This document shows, one piece after another, positions 60,241 through 64,000 of a stretch of DNA of 64,000 nucleotides; positions within the stretch are counted from its first letter, which is position 1; each line of letters opens with the position of its first letter. A model generated the notes under the pieces. That model was not told the DNA's origin, did not search any database, and worked only from the letters and a program-made list of their open reading frames with translations. Position numbers and translations under genes: made by a program. The DNA lies in IMG/VR virus record IMGVR_UViG_3300047160_031539, positions 1 through 64,000 of that record; one strand, given 5' to 3'. Origin of the DNA: a virus (taxonomy: Duplodnaviria; Caudoviricetes).

Positions 60241-61952
60241 CAGCGGGCTCCTGGTTGGGCCCCCTCGCGGAAGGCGGGGCCGAAGTGTCGGGTCATCCAC
60301 TCCATCGGGTCCTGGCCGGGCTTGGTCCAGTCGTTGAGCTGGTCGAGGCCGCGGTTGGTCTCCTCGGCGATCTTGCGTTTGATGTCCTCGACCTTGCCGC
60401 TGAGGATCGGGATGTGCTCGGCCGCGATGGTCAGGAGGTTGATGCCCAGTTCGACCAGGGGCAAGAGTTGTTCCAGCCGTTCCATCGCGGCGATGATGAC
60501 GGGTGTCATGCGTGCCATGATGTTGGCCTTGGCGTCCTCGTACTTCTGCTGGAGCGAGCTGGACGCCTGGACGTACTGGGCCAGGGCCGGCCCGACCTCC
60601 TGGGCCCGGCGCAATTCACCCAAGGTCTGCGTCACGTCGGCCAGGGCCTGGGCAGTTGCCACCTGGGGGCTGTAGGCGCCGTAGCGTTCCGCGAAGCCGT
60701 CCAGGGCGTGCATGAAGCCGGCTAGGGCCTGGGTGGCGGCCCCGACCGTGCTGGCGAAGAAGCCCAGGACGTTCCAGGACAAGAGGGCGTTGTCGCCGAG
60801 TTTCGACAGGGCATCCCCGGTCGCCTCGGCAAAGCGGGCCGGGTTGGTGTCGGGGGAGACGAGGGCGGTCGTAAAATCCCCCAGGCCCCGGATCGCCCCG
60901 GCCACGGCAGCACGGTAGGCGCTCAGGGCCTCGGTGATGCCCACGACGGCTGCCACGGCGACCCCGGCCGCCCCGGCCCCGCCGCCGACCGCCGAGGCGA
61001 TGTCCAGGCCGGCCCCGACGGCCTTGCCGAAGACGCCCCCCAAGGTGCCGCGAAGGGCCTTGGCGATGGACAGGAGGGGGTTCTCCTTCTCCTCGTCCTT
61101 GGGGTAGAGCCGCTTGTAGGCCGCATCGATGGCGCCCCTTTGCACCTCGGCCCGCCGACGCTTCCGGGCCTCCCGCTCGGCGTACTGCTCGGGCGTCAGC
61201 ACGTCGAGGGCCTTCTGGGTGGCGACCGCTAACTGCTTCCTGCGTTCGGTAAGCTGCTGCTCCATGAAGGCCAGTTGGGCGAGCGTGTCGGGGTCCATCG
61301 AGGCCTGCAGCCGCTCCATCTCCTGGCGGAAGGCCGCCCACTTAGCCTCCAGGTCCACGACCGGCACGACCTCGGGCGGCCCGTGGATCTGCTCCTCCAG
61401 GTCCCGGCGGGCCTGGGCCAGCATCTCCCGGGTGGCCCTCTCGGCCTGCTCCTGCTGGTAGGCCAGTTGCGCCATCTCCTGGGCGTTCTGCCAGGTGATG
61501 GTGCCCAGTTTCTCCGTGGCGTACTCGGCCGACACCTGGGCCTGGGCCAGTTGGCGGGTGATCTCGGCGAAGGCCCGGGCCTGATAGACGGCCGGGCCCA
61601 GGGCGTCGGCCAGGTCGCGGAAGCGGTCGGCGGCCTGCTGCTCCAACTGGACCCACTCGTTGAGCCCCGAGACCGCACTCGCCAGGGCGGCGGGGTCCAG
61701 GGCCTCCTGGAGGGCATTGATGCGTTCCCGCAGGCCCTCCAGGAAGTTGACTGTGGGCGGCAGGCCGATGGGCGGCAGGCCCGGCAGGCCGGGGATGTCT
61801 CCCCCCGAAGGCGGCCCGCCGGGGCCGGCACCGCCGCCGGGTCCCGGCGGCCCGCCACCCCCTGCCCCGCCTCCGCCTCCACCGCCCCCGCCGCCGCCTG
61901 CGCCACCGGGCGGCCCGGTGGCCACGATTTTGAGGATCGCTTCGTCTGCCAC
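60240..61952 (-). CDS. Tape-measure-like protein
   Basis: 570 aa, Ala/Gln/Leu-rich helical with hydrophobic G/A/V stretches; follows the tube-like gene. Confidence 0.7.
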   Translation of the reverse strand: MADEAILKIVATGPPGGAGGGGGGGGGGGAGGGGPPGPGGGAGPGGPPSGGDIPGLPGLPPIGLPPTVNFLEGLRERINALQEALDPAALASAVSGLNEWVQLEQQAADRFRDLADALGPAVYQARAFAEITRQLAQAQVSAEYATEKLGTITWQNAQEMAQLAYQQEQAERATREMLAQARRDLEEQIHGPPEVVPVVDLEAKWAAFRQEMERLQASMDPDTLAQLAFMEQQLTERRKQLAVATQKALDVLTPEQYAEREARKRRRAEVQRGAIDAAYKRLYPKDEEKENPLLSIAKALRGTLGGVFGKAVGAGLDIASAVGGGAGAAGVAVAAVVGITEALSAYRAAVAGAIRGLGDFTTALVSPDTNPARFAEATGDALSKLGDNALLSWNVLGFFASTVGAATQALAGFMHALDGFAERYGAYSPQVATAQALADVTQTLGELRRAQEVGPALAQYVQASSSLQQKYEDAKANIMARMTPVIIAAMERLEQLLPLVELGINLLTIAAEHIPILSGKVEDIKRKIAEETNRGLDQLNDWTKPGQDPMEWMTRHFGPAFREGAQPGAR

Positions 61953-61973
61953 AAGTCCCCCTCGGCTACGCCT

Positions 61974-62495
61974 TTACGTGCAGACGAAGGGCACGTTCCA
62001 CGTCACCGAGCCGAGGATCGTCAAGTAGGGGAACAGGATGTACTCGATGGGCAGTTCCCGCATCTTGCTCGTCATTAAAAAGGCGGACTGGCTGTTGGGG
62101 GCTACGACGCACGAGAGGGCCGTCAGGCTCTGGGGCGTCGTCGGCGGGTTGCCCAGGATGGCCGTCAGGACCATCGACTGGCCGAAGGTCGTCCACCGCT
62201 GGCCGATGGCCTGCACGGCCGGCGAGAGGGAGTTGGCGACCCGCTGGCCCGTGGCCTGGAGCGAGTCCAGAAGGCCCTGCTTCCACTCCAGGCCCCGCAG
62301 ACGTAGCCGCCAGTCCTGGCCGCGGTAAATCGCCTCGACCAACGTCATGCCATAAGCGTCGGTCTCGGCGATCTCCTGGCCCTTGATGGTCGCCGTGATC
62401 TCGAAACCGTCGTCGTTCTGGGTCCCCAGGACGAAGGCGTTCCAGGTGCCCAGGTACGGGCCCGAGATCGGCACGACGAGGCCGGCCTGTGCCAT
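61974..62495 (-). CDS. Probable tail tube protein
   Basis: 173 aa beta-rich; immediately upstream of the tape-measure gene. Confidence 0.55.
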   Translation of the reverse strand: MAQAGLVVPISGPYLGTWNAFVLGTQNDDGFEITATIKGQEIAETDAYGMTLVEAIYRGQDWRLRLRGLEWKQGLLDSLQATGQRVANSLSPAVQAIGQRWTTFGQSMVLTAILGNPPTTPQSLTALSCVVAPNSQSAFLMTSKMRELPIEYILFPYLTILGSVTWNVPFVCT

Positions 62496-62496
62496 T

Positions 62497-62910
62497 TTAC
62501 TGCCCCCCCAGGGGGACAGAGCCTGCCCCCACTTTTGGCTCCTGGTCGGTCACGCCGACGCCACCGGCGGCGACTTCCCGAATGTCGGCGTCCGGCCAGC
62601 CCTCCAGTTCGGCGATCTGGGCCATATTGGCCTTCCACTCCGGGCTGTCCCTGCACTCCGGGCAGGTGACGGCCCGGCTCTCGGCCGAGTGGACGCAGGG
62701 CGTCGTCCGGTCGCCCTGGACTAAAGGCGTCACCTGCTTTAGGCCCCGCTGGCAGGCGATGTAGCCCCGGACGCCGCCCAGGGTCAGGGGCCCCAGGGCC
62801 GTCGGGGTCGTCGTGGACGGCGTCTGGGCCGGCCCCGCGTCGTCCCAGACGAAGTAGTGGATGCGGACCTGCTTCCTGTCCGGCAGCATCTTGATGACGA
62901 CCTGCATCAT
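62497..62910 (-). CDS. Zn-binding hypothetical protein
   Basis: IHY...IAC...HS.E.RAVTCPEC; paralog of 62907-63161. Confidence 0.6.
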   Translation of the reverse strand: MMQVVIKMLPDRKQVRIHYFVWDDAGPAQTPSTTTPTALGPLTLGGVRGYIACQRGLKQVTPLVQGDRTTPCVHSAESRAVTCPECRDSPEWKANMAQIAELEGWPDADIREVAAGGVGVTDQEPKVGAGSVPLGGQ

Positions 62911-63161
62911 CGAACCGGCCTCCCCCTGCCGGCACGCACCTGGGCCAGCCCCTGCTTGTACTCCTCGGTCTCCTTGCACTCCCGGCAGGTGACGGCCGTC
63001 GGCTCGGCCGAGCGGTGGTAGGGCACCGGCCTGTTGTAGCCGGCCGAGAGCTGCGTCAGGCTGGGCGAGCAGGCGATCCGCTCCCCGTCCGGCGTGGCCA
63101 GGGAGTAGTGGACCACCACCTGCAGGGTGCCGTCGGGGAGGATCGCTTCGAGAGGTTCCAC
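62907..63161 (-). CDS. Zn-binding hypothetical protein (paralog)
   Basis: VHY...IAC...RS.E.TAVTCREC. Confidence 0.6.
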   Translation of the reverse strand: MEPLEAILPDGTLQVVVHYSLATPDGERIACSPSLTQLSAGYNRPVPYHRSAEPTAVTCRECKETEEYKQGLAQVRAGRGRPVR

Positions 63162-63172
63162 GCCACCCTCCT

Positions 63173-63196
63173 CAGGTGGCGCAATTGCGCCACCGG
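63173..63196. repeat. 24-bp palindrome copy 17 (right-arm variant ...CCACCGG)
   Basis: 2 nt after stop at 63199; followed by SD GAGGAGG. Confidence 0.93.
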
Positions 63197-63198
63197 GG

Positions 63199-63741
63199 TC
63201 AACTGAAGACCTGCAGGGCCTGCATCCGCCGGGCGTCCTCGAAGCGGATTTCCGCCACGAGGGCCTCGGGACGGTCGCCGGCCTTGCCGCCGAACCATTC
63301 TCCGCCGATCAGGGACGGCACGTCCATGCCCGCGAAGTGGGCCGGCTCGCAGAAGCCGTAGACTTCCACGGCCTGCGGGTTCATTTCGACCAGGAGCGTG
63401 TTGGCCGCCTGGAGCAGGAGCCAGTCCATGTGCAGGGCAACGGCCAGGGCGTTGGCACGGGCGTTGAAACCGATTTCGGCGGCCAGCTTGCGGGCCAGGA
63501 GTTGGTCGCCGATACGGTCCTGGGGCACCGTGACGCGCATCGAGAGAGTGAGGGCGAAGCTGAAGTATTCGTCCAGCGAATTCATCGAGCGGCAGGAGGA
63601 CGGCCCCTGGCAGATCGCCACGAAGTAGTTACCGGCCTTGGCCTGGGGCTTCCCGTCGGGCATGACCTCGCAGGTGCGGGCGTCGTAGCCGAGGTCCGTG
63701 CGGAGGCGGTCGCGGGCGGCCAGGAGGAGCGCGTCGATCAT
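63199..63741 (-). CDS. Probable tail completion/terminator protein
   Basis: 180 aa; position upstream of tail genes. Confidence 0.5.
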   Translation of the reverse strand: MIDALLLAARDRLRTDLGYDARTCEVMPDGKPQAKAGNYFVAICQGPSSCRSMNSLDEYFSFALTLSMRVTVPQDRIGDQLLARKLAAEIGFNARANALAVALHMDWLLLQAANTLLVEMNPQAVEVYGFCEPAHFAGMDVPSLIGGEWFGGKAGDRPEALVAEIRFEDARRMQALQVFS

Positions 63742-63977
63742 TGCTTACGGACCTGCTCCTCGAGGGCGATAGCGGACTCTTCGGCCGGAACGCCCAGGCC
63801 GCAGACCATCATGGCCCAGATCCTGTAGGCATCGACCTCGCCGCAGGGCGTGACCCGGACGGGCTTGCCGGCCAGGCCCGTGTCGGACTGGCCCAGGAGG
63901 CCCCCCAGGATGTGGGCCCGCTGGCGGGCGGCCAGGAGTTCGGGCAGGGAGCCGCCGACCCGCTTGATGAGGTCCAT
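63738..63977 (-). CDS. Hypothetical protein (79 aa; may extend beyond the window)
   Basis: AAGGAGG before ATG 63977. Confidence 0.5.
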   Translation of the reverse strand: MDLIKRVGGSLPELLAARQRAHILGGLLGQSDTGLAGKPVRVTPCGEVDAYRIWAMMVCGLGVPAEESAIALEEQVRKQ

Positions 63978-64000
63978 GACCTCCTTGCGGTTGGCACGGT

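Larger units (their letters stand above)
1..64000 (-). mobile_element. Tailed dsDNA bacteriophage (or prophage) genome segment, probable Planctomycetota host
   Basis: Terminase, portal-like, tape-measure-like and tail genes plus Prim-Pol, helicase, Rad52-like and VRR-NUC genes. Tight 1-4 nt gene overlaps, near-uniform minus-strand coding, no host housekeeping genes. Confidence 0.93.

Noticed and set aside
5552-63196. Recurrent peptides QVAQLRHL / SGGAIAPP / RWRNCAT as a protein motif
   Set aside because: They are translations of the DNA palindrome in different frames, mostly in spurious ORFs.
5552-63196. Palindrome copies as intrinsic terminators or as a CRISPR array
   Set aside because: No U-tract on either strand, and copies are kilobases apart rather than separated by spacer-length units.
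1-64000. tRNA, rRNA, integrase, transposase, cas1/cas3/cas9/cas12 genes
   Set aside because: None recognisable by eye; tRNAscan and HMM searches would be needed to exclude them formally.

Overview
High-GC segment of a tailed dsDNA phage (or prophage; no integrase or att site is visible) with a probable Planctomycetota/Gemmataceae host. Almost all genes are on the minus strand. Read in transcription order (64 kb to 1), it carries tail, tape-measure, portal and polyvalent-protein genes; Cys-rich, Ser/Pro-rich and G8 tail or surface proteins; a ~12 kb glycosyltransferase/methyltransferase/sugar-kinase cluster; two secreted CxxCH (c-type heme) proteins; AAA+/VWA-peptidase genes; a replication-recombination module (VRR-NUC, Rad52-like, ParB-like, SF2 helicase, Prim-Pol); small early-type genes; and the terminase large subunit, which runs off the left edge. 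The only plus-strand island is at 45.4-47.4 kb. Three non-standard signals stand out. (1) A 37-bp repeat / 38-bp spacer / 37-bp repeat unit at 45493-45604 whose spacer matches exactly the 5' end of a phage gene at 48888-48925. It sits inside a promoter-sRNA-terminator unit upstream of DHH and WYL genes, with no cas operon in the window. (2) A 24-bp perfect palindrome, CAGGTGGCGCAATTGCGCCACCTG, present in 17 copies every 1.7-6.4 kb, mostly 1-6 nt after stop codons, with a half-site array beside terL. (3) A single in-frame UGA at a probable Cys position, followed by a SECIS-like hairpin, joining a Cys-rich domain to a GT9 glycosyltransferase. All family assignments come from motif recognition by eye; no database search was run.
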